DNA of 64,000 bases from the human T2T-CHM13v2.0 reference genome, Homo sapiens, in NCBI RefSeq assembly GCF_009914755.1, contig NC_060933.1; one strand, 5' to 3'. The notes under the pieces are model-generated. The model was not told the origin of the DNA. It worked only from the letters and a program-made list of their open reading frames with translations, and did no database searches. The first letter of the stretch is position 1, and each line of letters opens with the position of its first letter. Positions 1 through 12,372 of this stretch are shown piece after piece. The position numbers and the translations under genes were made by a program.

Positions 1-3000
1 CTTATCAGGCAGCCATGACTTTCCAGGGAAGCTCAGGGAGGGTGTGACTTTTTCCCAGAAAGGGTATTAGAGAACTACAAAGGACCTACTGTGCGCCAGG
101 CCCCGTGCTGGGTGTTTTACTTATATTATCTCATTTGATCCTCCCAATGACCCTGTGAGGCAGGCACTAGGACTGTCCCTTGTCACATCGATTACACCTG
201 AAGTTCAGAGAGGGAAGAGACTTGTCCAAGGTCATCTGACCGTTCTACAGAAGGTAAGGTTTCTAACCCAGGTCTGGGTCACCCCAACGCCCATACTACA
301 CTGTCCCAACCCCAGAAATGAACAGGGCCTTGATGTCATAGGAACCTGAGGCCCCCATGAGCAACCCTCTTGGAAATGAGAGAGAAGGCAGCCATAGCTG
401 GCCCTGTCCTCAGCCTCATTCCCTGCTACTAACTGCATCCTGGGGACATGGCAGGTGGAGGTGGAGGGTTGGGAGGGTGAGGGGTAGACGAGGGATGAAT
501 ATCCAGCCCTGTCGGGGAGGCCTGAAGTGGAGCAAATGGCAGACGGGTCGGAGCCCAGCCCTCTGAGCCCAGCCCTGCCAGACTCCATCTGCTGAATCCA
601 GACGCTCAGGAGTCCCAAGTCCCCGAGCCATGTTCCTTATGCATCTGAAATAGCTGCAGACAGCCGGCTAAGAACCCGGGGGATGCATCAGCAGAAATGC
701 CTGCGGAACAGGCTTCCAGAGGAGGCTCAAGGTCAGAGCTCATGCAGGAGCTGGGCCTGTTCACTTTCACCACCACCCACACACAATCACAGCCACCTGG
801 GCCCCCTCCCCCTGTACCCACTGAGGCCAGAGCCTCAGTGAGGGCATAGACCTGGCGGCTCCATTAATCCTGCCAGATGGGACCCTTCACCCACTCTACA
901 GCTGAGGTGACTGAAGATCAGAGCGGAAAGGTCATCTGTCCAAGGTCACACAGCAAGGACAGGGCAGAAAGCTGAACTCTATTCAAGGCCCGACTCCATA
1001 TCCCCGACAAAAACCTGCTTCCCATAAGAGCCAAGATGACCTGCTGTCATTGTTCTTCCACCTCCTTCCTCAAACCTGTGGCAGTTCAGCAAATTCCCTT
1101 TTTTTCAGAGAAAAGAACCCCTTATTTCCTGAGTTGGCCCAATCAGGGCCCAGGTATCACAGAAGTGTGGTCTTGGGGAACTGTAAGGGGATGAAATGAA
1201 GAGGGGCAACCTTTGCGGGGTGGACTCAGGGGCAGGTAAGGCTCCCCTGCATGATGTCAAAGCCTGAGGCTGCCTGGGCACTGCGGGGCCACCTCAGCAA
1301 AATGCAGCTTCTCCCTCCTAGCCCTTCTCCTCCCCTCAGCCCAATTCCGGGTTTCTAGGCCTCCTTCCCCTCATTACAATGGGAGGGCTGTTACACAAAG
1401 GTGCTATTTCCAGCTCTTTGTTCGTTGGGCTTCTGTACTTCTGTCAAGCCAACAGGGTCCCCCAACTCCCATCCCAAAATGCACCAGAGGCCTAAGGCTG
1501 AGTGGTTCTTTCTTCATTCTGTATGTGGGGAAACTGAGGCACTGAGTCACAAAGGCCTCTGGATATTCGCCAGTGGGGGCCTAGATTTTGCCTGAAGGGG
1601 CTGCTGACAGGAAGGGAGATAAAGGCAGAGGGAGAAAGAGATTAGAGGGAGAATAACAGAAAAGAGAGAAAACAGAAGATTCAGCAGAAAAGGCACAGGC
1701 GGAGAGCAATGTAGAGAAACTGAAGAAGCAAAGAAAAGAGCAGGGCAAGTCCGGTGGCACGGCCAGAGCTGGGCTGGGAAGAGGAGCTTGTGATCCCAGG
1801 AAAGGCTACGGGGGTAGGGAGATGGAGGGACAGGGATGTGAGCCAGGGAGAGCCAGGAAGTCCTGGCATTCCTGGGGGGCAGTGGGGCTCCCCAGAGTGA
1901 AGGGTCAGGGGCCAGGGAGCCAGAGATTTGTGGGACAAGACCCTGGAAGTGTCAGTCATGCAGGTGGCGACGGGGAATCATTGGACCTGCAATCTCTCCA
2001 AGCACAGGGTAGGGGTGTAAGTCTGTGGGCCAAAGGGAAAGGTCAGAGGTGCAGAATGGGAGAGAAATAATCCTGAAAGCAGCTAACTGGGCCCCGCACT
2101 GGCTGGTGTGGCTGAGATCACAAGAACAACCTCAACACTGGGCCAGCACTGTGCTTTTCTACCAGCCTGTCTATTCTGGCTATCATATTTGACCACCAAA
2201 TCACAACATTAGGGAGCTCTCTGGGAAGCTTCTGCATGAAGCCTTCCTGAGATGGGGCAGAAGTCACTGCCTCCTTGTAACCAGGCCTGTGCCCTGCTGA
2301 ACAGACCAGGCTTCCTCCTGCTAAGCTGAAACCTGCTCCACGCCTCCCTCCCTGTGGTCTTAAGAAAAGGACGTCAGTGGAAAGAGAGAGTGACCCAGAA
2401 TCTCTAGAAGGTTAAGGCAAGCAGAGCCCTCAGGATAAGGCTGGAAACCAGCGCTCCTGGGAGGGAATGCAGGCACCCGAGAACTTGGCTGGGGGAACTG
2501 TTACATCTTCATTTCCATTAACCTCTAACTGAAAGGCCACGTTTCCTTTCATTGCTAACAGAAGCAACAAAGCCTCAGAGGAACTGGTCATGGTCACCCA
2601 CAGAGAGCACTGATCTTTCACGTCACATTCCAGCTGCTACAGATGTCACAAAATCCCATTTATGCACTTCTTGGCTTCACAGTTACAGCAGTTACTGACT
2701 CACTGCTCAACCCTGTTATTGCTGTCCTAAAGTAGCATGTTTTACGTTGTGTTTTCATATTCTGAAAATTATATCAGGTATTTCCTGATGTAATTTGTCA
2801 TCCTATGTATTGTGTTTTATTTTAAACATTTAAAGCTTTATTCTAAGAAGGGGTCCCAGCACTTCACCAGCCTGCCAGAGGGGTCTATGGCACAGAAATG
2901 AGGAAGACCCCCAGTCCTAAGTCAGTGCTTTGTCCAAGTTCCCCTTTGATAGCTTGGGAAGTCCTCACTCAGAGGGCAGCTGGGGCCAGCCCATGTTCAA

Positions 3001-3424
3001 ACAGGCTCTGACCTCCATGGGCTTGGCTCTGTTTGGTGGAAAGAGCTTCCAGCAATCCCAAGTTGTCACAGGGGAAGGCAGGTGTTCCATAAACTGCTAC
3101 AGAGACAGCAAAGCACTGGCTGAGAGGAATGGTCCTATTCAGGCTCCAGGTAAAGCTGTGGCCGGCCTGAGAGGCTTTAATGCCTCTGGGCAAACTGATG
3201 ATTCTGGAAGGTGCAGGGGGCACATGCTGAGGCCTCCCTGGGATGGAGTGGGCTCTTCTACTCAAGGAGAAGACACCTATCATCCTCGATATGCCCTCTC
3301 TGGGCACTCAGCAGCTTCCTGGGGTGGGGGACAGGAGGTCATCTGGACAGGAACAACAGCCTCTCCTGGTCACCCGCATCCACCTTGCACCTCTGGGCTC
3401 TCTCCACACAGAAGAGGCAGCTTA

Positions 3425-3712
<288 letters not shown>

Positions 3713-4778
3713 ACAAACAGGATCACATCACATCCTTACTCAAGATTCTCCAGAGTATCCCATGGTTTTAGGGTTAAACACAAACGCCTCCCGCTCCTGA
3801 CCCTCGCCCCTCTACCCCTCACTCCTGACACTCCAGCCCTACTGGTCTCCTTCCATTCTTCTGAGTGGCCATGTGCCAACCTGCTCAGGGCCCTCAGACA
3901 TGCCCCACCAGCTCCTCAGCTGTCTCACCTCATCTATTGCCTGGCTGTAGCCAACAACTTCAGATCTTAGCTTCAACCTCTCTCCCCAAGTACCCCAGAC
4001 TGGTCGGGGCCCATGTATGTTCTCACACCACCCTTCAGCCCGCTTTATCAGAGTGTGAGTTATGGAGATGATTTGAGTTGAGGTAGCCTCCTCCACTGGA
4101 CTTGATCAGCTTCAAGAGCACAGGCTCAGCCCCTGGCAGGCAGGAGATGCTCCACAAAGGCTGCTGCATAGAAGAAGGAGTGGCTGAACGCATGACTGAA
4201 GGAATACATGGAGTTCCTCTCTTACCCCGCTCATGGATGGAGAACGATTCTCTAAACCATCCAGGTTGGACCAAAGTCAGGATGCAGGAGGAAAAATAAG
4301 GCCCTTTGACAGTTTTCTACTTGTTTCTGAAAAAAAAAAGCTGGTTTGACAGTGAGGGGTCCCTGCAGCTGGAGGGGCCTGAGACAAGCCTGAGCTTCTC
4401 CCAGTTCACTGTGCTGCAGACAAGGAGGGAGGCACAGAGGCCACAGAAGGAGGCCAATGCAGAGAAGCACTGACAGCCACATCTACTGCCCCCTATTCAC
4501 CTTCTTTTTGGGGGACAAGAGGAGGGAAGAAGGACAGTAAGGCCTTCAGGGGCAGGGATCCTGTCCCCAGCATCCTTGGGCAGGGGCTGGGAGCCTCCTT
4601 CCAGGCATATGACAGGGCTGGAGCACAAACTCTCTCAAATCCAGGTGGAAAAAGCCTGAGGTCAAGTCCAGGGCAAATCCCAGCTGCTGCCACCTGACCT
4701 CAAGGGCATTTGCTCCTTGAGTACAAGGCTGGCCTTGACCTCTCCAATCCCCTTTTCTCTACAATGCTCTGCAGTGCC

Positions 4779-5159
4779 TGAAATGCTTTGGCTATGTATC
4801 CTCACCCAAATCTCATGTTGAATTGTAATCCCCAGTGTTGGGGGAGGAATCTGGTGGGAGGTGATTGGATCATGCGAGCAGATTTCCCTTTTGCTGTTCT
4901 CGTGATAGTGAGTAAGTTCTCATGTGATCTGGTTGCTTAAAAGTGTACAGGACTTCCCCCTTCTCTTCCTCCTCCTCCAGCCATGTAAGATGTGCCTGCT
5001 TCCCCTTCAAACTTCCACCATAATTTTAAGTTTCCCGAGGCCTCCCCAGCCATGCTTCCTGTACGGCCTACAGAACTGTGGGTCAATTAAACCTCTTTTC
5101 TTCATAAATTTCCCAGTCTCAGGCAGTTTCTTACAGTAGTGTGAGAACGGATTAATACA
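4779..5159 (+). mobile_element. MaLR solo LTR (MSTA-like)
   Basis: TG...CA ends, cccaaatctcatgttgaattgtaatcccc motif and 5-bp TSD-like gtgcc/gggcc. Confidence 0.85.
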
Positions 5160-6554
5160 GGGCCCTTTTCCAACCTTTGGAGTAGAAACAGAATGGGCTC
5201 CTCCACACTCCACACCTGCATATCCACTCCTGATCTCACTGAATCTTCAGAACAACCCAGACAGCTGGTCTTATCAGCCCACCGTACAGATGCAGAAATG
5301 GAGGCCCAGAAGACACAAGTCATCTGCCCAAGGTGACAAAGCTACTACTCTGGAAAGCAGAACCCGGCTGGTAGGATCCCAGAATCTGTGCAATTAAGCC
5401 CCTCTGCCACAGGCATGCTGGCACTAGATGAAGAATTCAAGAAATAACAGGCAGGCCTTTCTTCTTTCACTCTGCTCTCTCGGCCAACATCTTTATGGGG
5501 GAAATGATATTGTGTGAAGGCAGCATAAAATGCTCAGGGCTGGCTCTCTGTTAGACAAATGGAAAATCAACACAGTTTGTGAATGGGGGAAAGCTGGATC
5601 TGATTTCCTTTGATTGACTGTGTCTGCTTTGAGGGGAAATGGCTGCAGAATGAGCCACATTTAACCTGGGATCAATAACCACACAGCATGATCCGAGGAA
5701 TTCAGGCTAAATGGAAACTGGCTCCATTTGGGGCCAGTGTCTGGGGCATCTCGGTCATCGATAGCCAGCCACCTGATGTCATCTTGCCCAACTGAACACT
5801 AGAACAAAGAACATTTTCCTACCATGTGGGAGGCGAATGTTTAGAAGGCCGCATAGTAGAAGATAATCCTGCAAGTGGCCGGGGAGTGTGTGCTTTCCTT
5901 CCAGTTTCTGTTCCACACTTTCTGGGCCTCCATTTTGCACCAGCTCTCGCTGTTTATTGGGGAAGGGAAACCCACGAAGAGGTTAAAGCAATGTGACAAG
6001 TGATTTAGCAGAGGTATGAGGAGTGTGTGAGCTCCATGCAGGAAGGGATTTTGGCCATGTTATGTTTTGGGTTGTTGTCCACATTTTAGGGTTATTACTC
6101 AGCATTACTGCAGCAAAAGCTTACTAATATGTGGTGTTGTAGACCACATAGTGGCACTTAGTGGTGAATAAAGGTGATTATTTCAAGCTCTTTCTCTCTC
6201 TGGAGGAATGCTGCAGTCCTTGTTCAAATATACACAGAAGAGGTGGGAATATAGAGTTGTCATTCCTTGCTGTGCCTCCCCCAAATATTTTCCAGCACCT
6301 CCTGATGCAGAGAAGACTCTCAGAACTGGAGGAGCCATGGGGGTCTTCCGTGGTTGTACAGATGGGGAGACTGAGGCCAAGAGTGAGTGAGGGGCTTTCT
6401 TGAGAGCACACTGCCTGGGAGAGACAGAGTGGAGTACCGGTGTGGGGGTCCAGACTCCTAGGATGGGTCCCAGTGCCCTGCGTACTCTGCAGGAGGGCTT
6501 CCACGTGGAGGAGGTTTGTCCTGTGGCCACACATGCAGCCAACATGGGTGTGCA

Positions 6555-6684
6555 TGGCTAAGGGACTCCCACAGTCCCCACCGGCAGGAAGGGTGGTACC
6601 TCCATCAGGTCTATAAACCACAGCAGTCGCTCCTGAAGAAGGGTGAGCAAAAGGCAGTCGCTCCTGAGGAAGGGTGAGCAAAAG
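6555..6684. repeat. Local duplicate of 8416-8520 with internal 31-bp tandem repeat (6623-6653, 6654-6684)
   Basis: Direct comparison gives ~90% identity to 8416-8520. The two tandem units differ at one base. Confidence 0.95.
6600..6632 (-). CDS. WHRN: Duplicated WHRN microexon B (ERLLWFIDLME), putative
   Basis: cttttgctcacccttcttcag|GAGCGACTGCTGTGGTTTATAGACCTGATGGAG|gtacca. 31/33 nt identical to microexon A with both splice sites intact. Usage is unproven. Confidence 0.5.
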
Positions 6685-6879
6685 GGCCTCCAATCTGAGA
6701 CCTGCTGTGTGTGGGGGTGGGGAGAAGAGGGGTTCCCAGGAGACAACAGGGCAGGGGCTGACCCAGCCACAGGAGGAGCTGGTGCCTGCAGAACCCATCA
6801 TCACATCTTTAGCAACTCAGGCTGCATGACCTTCCCAGGCCCTTCGTGGCCCACAGACCTCTGGGTGTGGCTGGTTCCT

Positions 6880-8300
6880 AGGAATTAACCAGTTCACCTT
6901 GGTACAAACCCACTCTTACCTATTCTCAATAATCAGGGGGACCCTGTTAAATCGAAGTCAGACCACATCAGTTCCCTGCTCTTACCTGCCAAGGACTCCC
7001 ATCTCACTCAGAGTCAAAGTCCTCAGCATGTCTGCCCCCGTACTCCCTCTGCTCTGGCCTTATTGGCCGCCTGGAATTCTCTGACATTCTCTTACCTCAG
7101 GGCCTTTGCACATGCAGCTGCTTCTGTTGGAAATGCTCTTCTCCCAGATGTTGGCATGGCTCTCTCCCTCACCACCTGCAGGTCTTGACTCAAGGGTCAC
7201 TCCCTAACCACCCCACCCCTCTCCAGTCTCCCTTGCCTGCTTTATTTTTCTCCCTAGCACTTGTCATCATTTAGCTTACTGTGTATTTCAGTTATCTATA
7301 TCCTGTGTTATTGCCTGGCATTCCTGCTGTCTGCTCAACTCCATCGTGGAAAGGATTTCTTTGGTGTTCACCACTGTATCTCCAGAACCTCAAAATGTAC
7401 ATAGCACACAGTAAATGCTCAATATTTGTTAACAGAAAGGAAGGACAAGAAGAAGGAAGGGAGGAAAGAGGCAGATAGATGACGAAATGATGCTTAACAG
7501 GGAGCTGGTGAGATCCTTCAGGGAAGAATCACAGCCAGATGGCAGGGGTAACAACAGAGCTCAGAGTCAAGCAGGCCTGGGTTTGAATCCTGGCTCCATC
7601 ACTCACTAGCCATGCAACCTTGGGCAAGTTGCTTCTCCTCTCTGAGCTTTGGTTTTCTTCTTTGTAAAATGGGGATCACAGCAGTACTCACAACTCCTAG
7701 CTCCTGGGATGGTCAAAGAAGATACGAATGGAAAGCACTACCACAGTGCCATAGAGAACATTCAACAAATCTCAGCCACTATTGTTATTAATAAAGGCCC
7801 AAATTATGGGCTAGGGTCTGTGCTGAGCACTAGGGATAGGGACTCAATGGTAACCGCACGTGCGATCGCTGCCCTCAAGCAGTCAGCAGTCACATTGGGT
7901 AACTGGGAAACCTGTACAGGCTTTTATAATAGGACATAATGAGGCAAGAGCTGTGACCAAAGGAAGCCCGGGGGCAAGAGGAGCCGTGGCCTGAAAGTCA
8001 CTCCCCTTGGGAGGATCAGGGAAGTCTTCTTGGAAGAGGCAGCTTCTGAGCTGAGGGCTGAAGCACACATAGGAGAAAGTCAGGTCATATGAAGTGGGGA
8101 GAAGAACATTCCAGACAGAAAGCACATGGCATATGCAAAGGCCAAGGGGTCTCTCAACATCACGGGACAGAAATTACCATCCTCATTTTACAGATCCTAA
8201 AACTGAGCTCAGAGAGGTGAAACCACTTCCTGCGGTCTCACAGCAAGAAAGTGGCAGAGCTGGGATTTGAATGGACGGGATTCTCACTGCAGAGCTCAGG
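6880..8300. mobile_element. L2 and MIR fragments between the two microexon copies
   Basis: L2 3' motifs (cctcagggcctttgcacatgc, cagtaaatgctcaata) and a MIR core at ~7545-7790. Confidence 0.7.
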
Positions 8301-8460
8301 AAACCTGATGACCTGGAAAGACAGTCAGCACCAATAAGAACCCCTGGTCCCCACCAGGACTGGGTGCAGACATACGGGGGTGGCAGAAAAGGCCACAGCC
8401 CCCTACCCCGGCCCCTGGTTAAGGGACTCCCACAGTCCCCACCGGCAGGAAGGACGGTAC

Positions 8461-8493
8461 CTCCATCAGGTCTATAAGCCACAGCAGCCGCTC
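8461..8493 (-). CDS. WHRN: WHRN alternative 33-nt microexon A (ERLLWLIDLME)
   Basis: Long polypyrimidine tract tcttttctttttgccttttgctcatccttcctccccag, then GAGCGGCTGCTGTGGCTTATAGACCTGATGGAG, then gtaccg. Phase 0/0 and stop-free. Matches my recollection of an 11-aa insert after ...SSAR in mouse long whirlin. Confidence 0.85.
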
Positions 8494-9449
8494 CTGGGGA
8501 GGAAGGATGAGCAAAAGGCAAAAAGAAAAGATACATCAAATAAATATTTAGGGAATGGGTGGGTGCAGCAACAACCCCTTCCCCAAATGCACACGCGCAC
8601 ACACACATGCAAAATCCACACATTCTCCAAACCCCTTTTCTATTTACCTTGAATGCTTTGGGCAGGAATAATGGAGAGAGGGGAGGGAAAGACCCCACTG
8701 CCATGACCAGCATCCCTTCATTCTGCCTGCCTCCTTGAAGGAAACAGGGGAGTCCCCACTGCTCTAAAGAAAAGACATTTGTCCCTGCTAAAGGGCCTTC
8801 AGGAGACAGTCATTTACTTTGGGGCGAGGCTGGGATCCGTATTCCCAGAGAGAGAAACAAGCTCAGAGAAGGGAAGTGAATTGTCTGAGGTCACACCTGC
8901 TAATGAAATGCAGAGCTTCAAGGAGGGCCCTGTTTGGAAGCCTCGGTTGGAGAAGGCCTGGACTTCAGGGAGGCCCAAGCCCTGTGATGTCAGAGAAGCT
9001 GAATCTGTGGAAGGGAGCTCTGGACTGTGCATGTGGAGGGTACCTGGGTGGGATGAAGGTCAGGGGGGCGGTGGCAGTCCTTCAGCCTAGCACTTTCCAG
9101 ACCCTCCACGAGTCCCCAAGGCCCTGGGTACAATCTCCAGGTAGTTTTCCCCAGCCAGGTGGGCTGGGTCCAAAAGAACCGAGGCTTCACCTGCCCTCAG
9201 GGTGTGGCCAGCATTTCTGGGATGCTGGTACTAGCAGGTTACTCACCCTGGGCCCACAGGCATCCTCTCATTTAATCCTCCCAACAAGCTGGGGGAAGTA
9301 GTATCACTGCCCCTCTGCAAAAGAGGAAATCAAGGCACCGCGAGCTCAAGTGCCCCTTCCACGCTGCCTTTCCTGCTTGCACAATTTTCTCTTAGAATCA
9401 CTTCCAGGGGCTCACCCTGGTCTAGGAGAGTCCTAATCCTGACATGCAT

Positions 9450-9463
9450 GTGCCACCTGGTGG
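9450..9463 (-). promoter_or_regulatory. Candidate CTCF site
   Basis: The minus strand reads CCACCAGGTGGCAC, a full match to the CCASYAGRKGGCRS core. Confidence 0.5.
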
Positions 9464-10806
9464 GCCATGGACTTTCACAGTCACAAATTCTGAGTCCTTC
9501 CCACCTCAGAAACTTGGGGAAAACCTTTAGGACCACTCTTTTCATCTGTCCCAAAAAACTCCCTGTATAAAACCACCCTATGGCCTTTCTGAGGCTTGCC
9601 TTCCCCAGGGTGCCCCAATTTGCAGTGAGAGCCCCTCTGGCAGAGCAGGGCCAACTTCCACAGCTGGGATCTGGACTGGCCCCAGATGGTGCTTCTCAGG
9701 TAGGGGAGAGCCCCCTGAGCTGGGACAAGGTTGCTGTGGGCCAGTGCCGAGCTGGGGGCTCCTGACCCCTGCCCCAGAGCCCTTGCCAGGCAAGATAGTC
9801 ACCTGACTCCTGGCACTCCAGCCTGATTTGCCCTCAGGGCTTCGGGCTGCTGAAGTCAGAGCCAGCAAGGACCCCAGGCCATTTTATCCAGAAACTGAAG
9901 ACCAGAAAGGCTGGGGCTCAAACCTAGACCTCCTGCCTCCCAGACCAAAACACATCCCACCCCATTCACTGGATATTTCATCTCTGATTCTAAAGGGACC
10001 ACTGTAGAAGCACAGTCTGCAGTTTCCCAGGTTTTAGAGCAGTGGCTCATGGCTGCTGAGGCCTGAACATTATCAAGGCCAATCTCAGTGGAGCCTATCT
10101 TAGAGAGAAACAGTCATCAGGCCAAGGACCTGCACCCTTAAACCAGATCCTCACCTAAATGCCATATCAAAGTATGTGCTCAGAGCCTGGGGTGAAGGAC
10201 AGCCTCTTCCCTGCCCCAGAAGTGATCTGCTTGTCCCAGAACATGGAACTGCCTCTGCTGCAGCCATGTCCAGCCCTAGAGGAATGCAGGGCGACTTGTG
10301 GGGACATCCCAGGAAGGGGATGAGCACCCTTGGAAATGATGGCAACTCAGGATGGGAGGGATAGGGGTAAAAGAGTATAAAGGAATCACCCCCAGAAACC
10401 CAGAATCCCAGGGCTAAAGAAAAGCCACACTAGGAGTTGGAGCTTGCAAAAGAGAAGGGTGCATGCTCCTGGGCCATTTTCTGGTGGCTGCAAGCTCATC
10501 CTCACTCATTAACCATCTGTGTTTATAACCATGGCCATCACTGCACACCTCTGAGCTCCTGCTCTCCCACTTAACAAGACAGCTAATACCGTATCTACCT
10601 CCAGTCTGAGATTCCTCCAGAAAGAGCTCTCAGTTCAGCATCTGGGAGCAACCGCCTGCTTAAGAAACATTACTCTCCCCACTGCCTTTCCATAGAAGAG
10701 TGGTGATGAATGACCTAACGGTGAGAAACAAGGGCATAGAGGAGAGCATGGGGCCAAGCCAGCTCTCCTGACCTCCAGCCCTGACTTTTCCACTGCATGG
10801 ACCTTA

Positions 10807-11276
<470 letters not shown>

Positions 11277-11738
11277 TCAAACTGGGCTTGGGCTCCAGAG
11301 ACAAAAGGGTGGCCTCTTGGGGAAAATAAAAATCACAGTCCAAGTTACCATGCCCACTACCATCTACTGAGTGCCCAGCGGGAGTGGGCACCATGCCAGA
11401 GGCATTCCCAAGGATTCTAATGATCTTTTTCTATTTGCCTAATTTACCTACTTTTTTTTTTTAACCTTTCTCCCCCAGCTTCCCAGACTGCAAGCCCCAG
11501 GAGGCAGGGCCACATCTCTCCTGTTCACCTGTTGTCCCCGAGAGCCCATGCCTAGCATGCAGTAGACATTCAACAACTATTAGGTTTTTACAGAGGAAGA
11601 AACTGAGGCTCAGAGAGGCAAGGCACACAGCTGGTAAGTGGTGGTGCTGGGATTCGAACTCAGGCTGGTCTCACTCCAAAGCCAGCATCTTAACTCTGCC
11701 CTGGCTACTAAGCCAGGGACAAGGCAGAAGAAGCTCAC

Positions 11739-11948
11739 CCTGGCCGAGCTGACGGTGGTGGAGGTGCCGTGGCTGCCTGTGGATGAACCCGTGTCACTGT
11801 AGGAGACCATGGAGTAGGTGTCCCCAGCCCCGGGGCCTGGGGGCTGCCGCGCCTTCATGGACTCAATCTCACGCCTCAGCACCAGGTGGTCGAAGCGTTC
11901 TAGGTCTTGCGGGGAAATGGTGCCTCTCACCTCAGAGAGGAGTGAGAA
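11739..11948 (-). CDS. WHRN: WHRN exon 7 (210 nt), end of HHD2 plus Ser/Thr-rich linker
   Basis: Acceptor cctccag|TTC and donor AGG|gtgagc. Encodes FSLLSEVRGTISPQDLERFDHLVLRREIESMK...STTVSSAR. Ends phase 0. Confidence 0.97.
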
Positions 11949-12372
11949 CTGGAGGCGGGGACAAAAGGGGCACTCAGCAGGGAGCGCTACTAGAAGGTGG
12001 AACAGGGGCCCTGCTACCCCCAAAGGACTGGCATGCAAACTTGACCCTGCCTCCCCTCCTTAACTGTCTGGCTCCCCAGTGCTCTCAAGAGAAAGGCCAA
12101 ACACCGTCACCTGGACACCAGGCCCAGCATCATCTCACTCCTGCTTCCCTGTCATCTCCTCAGCAAGCACACGTAGCTGTGACTCCCTGGACACACTGCA
12201 ACATTTCATGCCACAAAGCCTCTGGCTGTCTGAACCTTCCACCCAGAATACCCTTTCCAATACTCATCTCCAAATCCTATTTCCTCTGTTAAGTCTTCCG
12301 AAACATAACCCCTCCCAGTGGATTTCACCACCTCTTCCTTTGTACAGTTTCTGGACCTCAAACAGTTTGGAG

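Noticed and set aside
466-484. Canonical G-quadruplex motif GGGTTGGGAGGGTGAGGGG
   Set aside because: Such motifs are common in GC-rich human introns and nothing links this one to a feature.
6611-6617. TATA-like CTATAAA in the duplicated block
   Set aside because: It is the reverse complement of microexon codons (TTT ATA G) and has no promoter context.
6178-6804. 208-aa ORF, and the 176-aa ORF at 8183-8713, sharing PFAHPSS...YRPDGGT
   Set aside because: The shared peptide is an off-frame reading of the duplicated microexon block, not a pair of paralogous genes.
8423-8439. Stem-loop considered as an iron-responsive element or small RNA gene
   Set aside because: The loop lacks CAGUGH and there is no bulged C. 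It is too short for a pre-miRNA or snoRNA.
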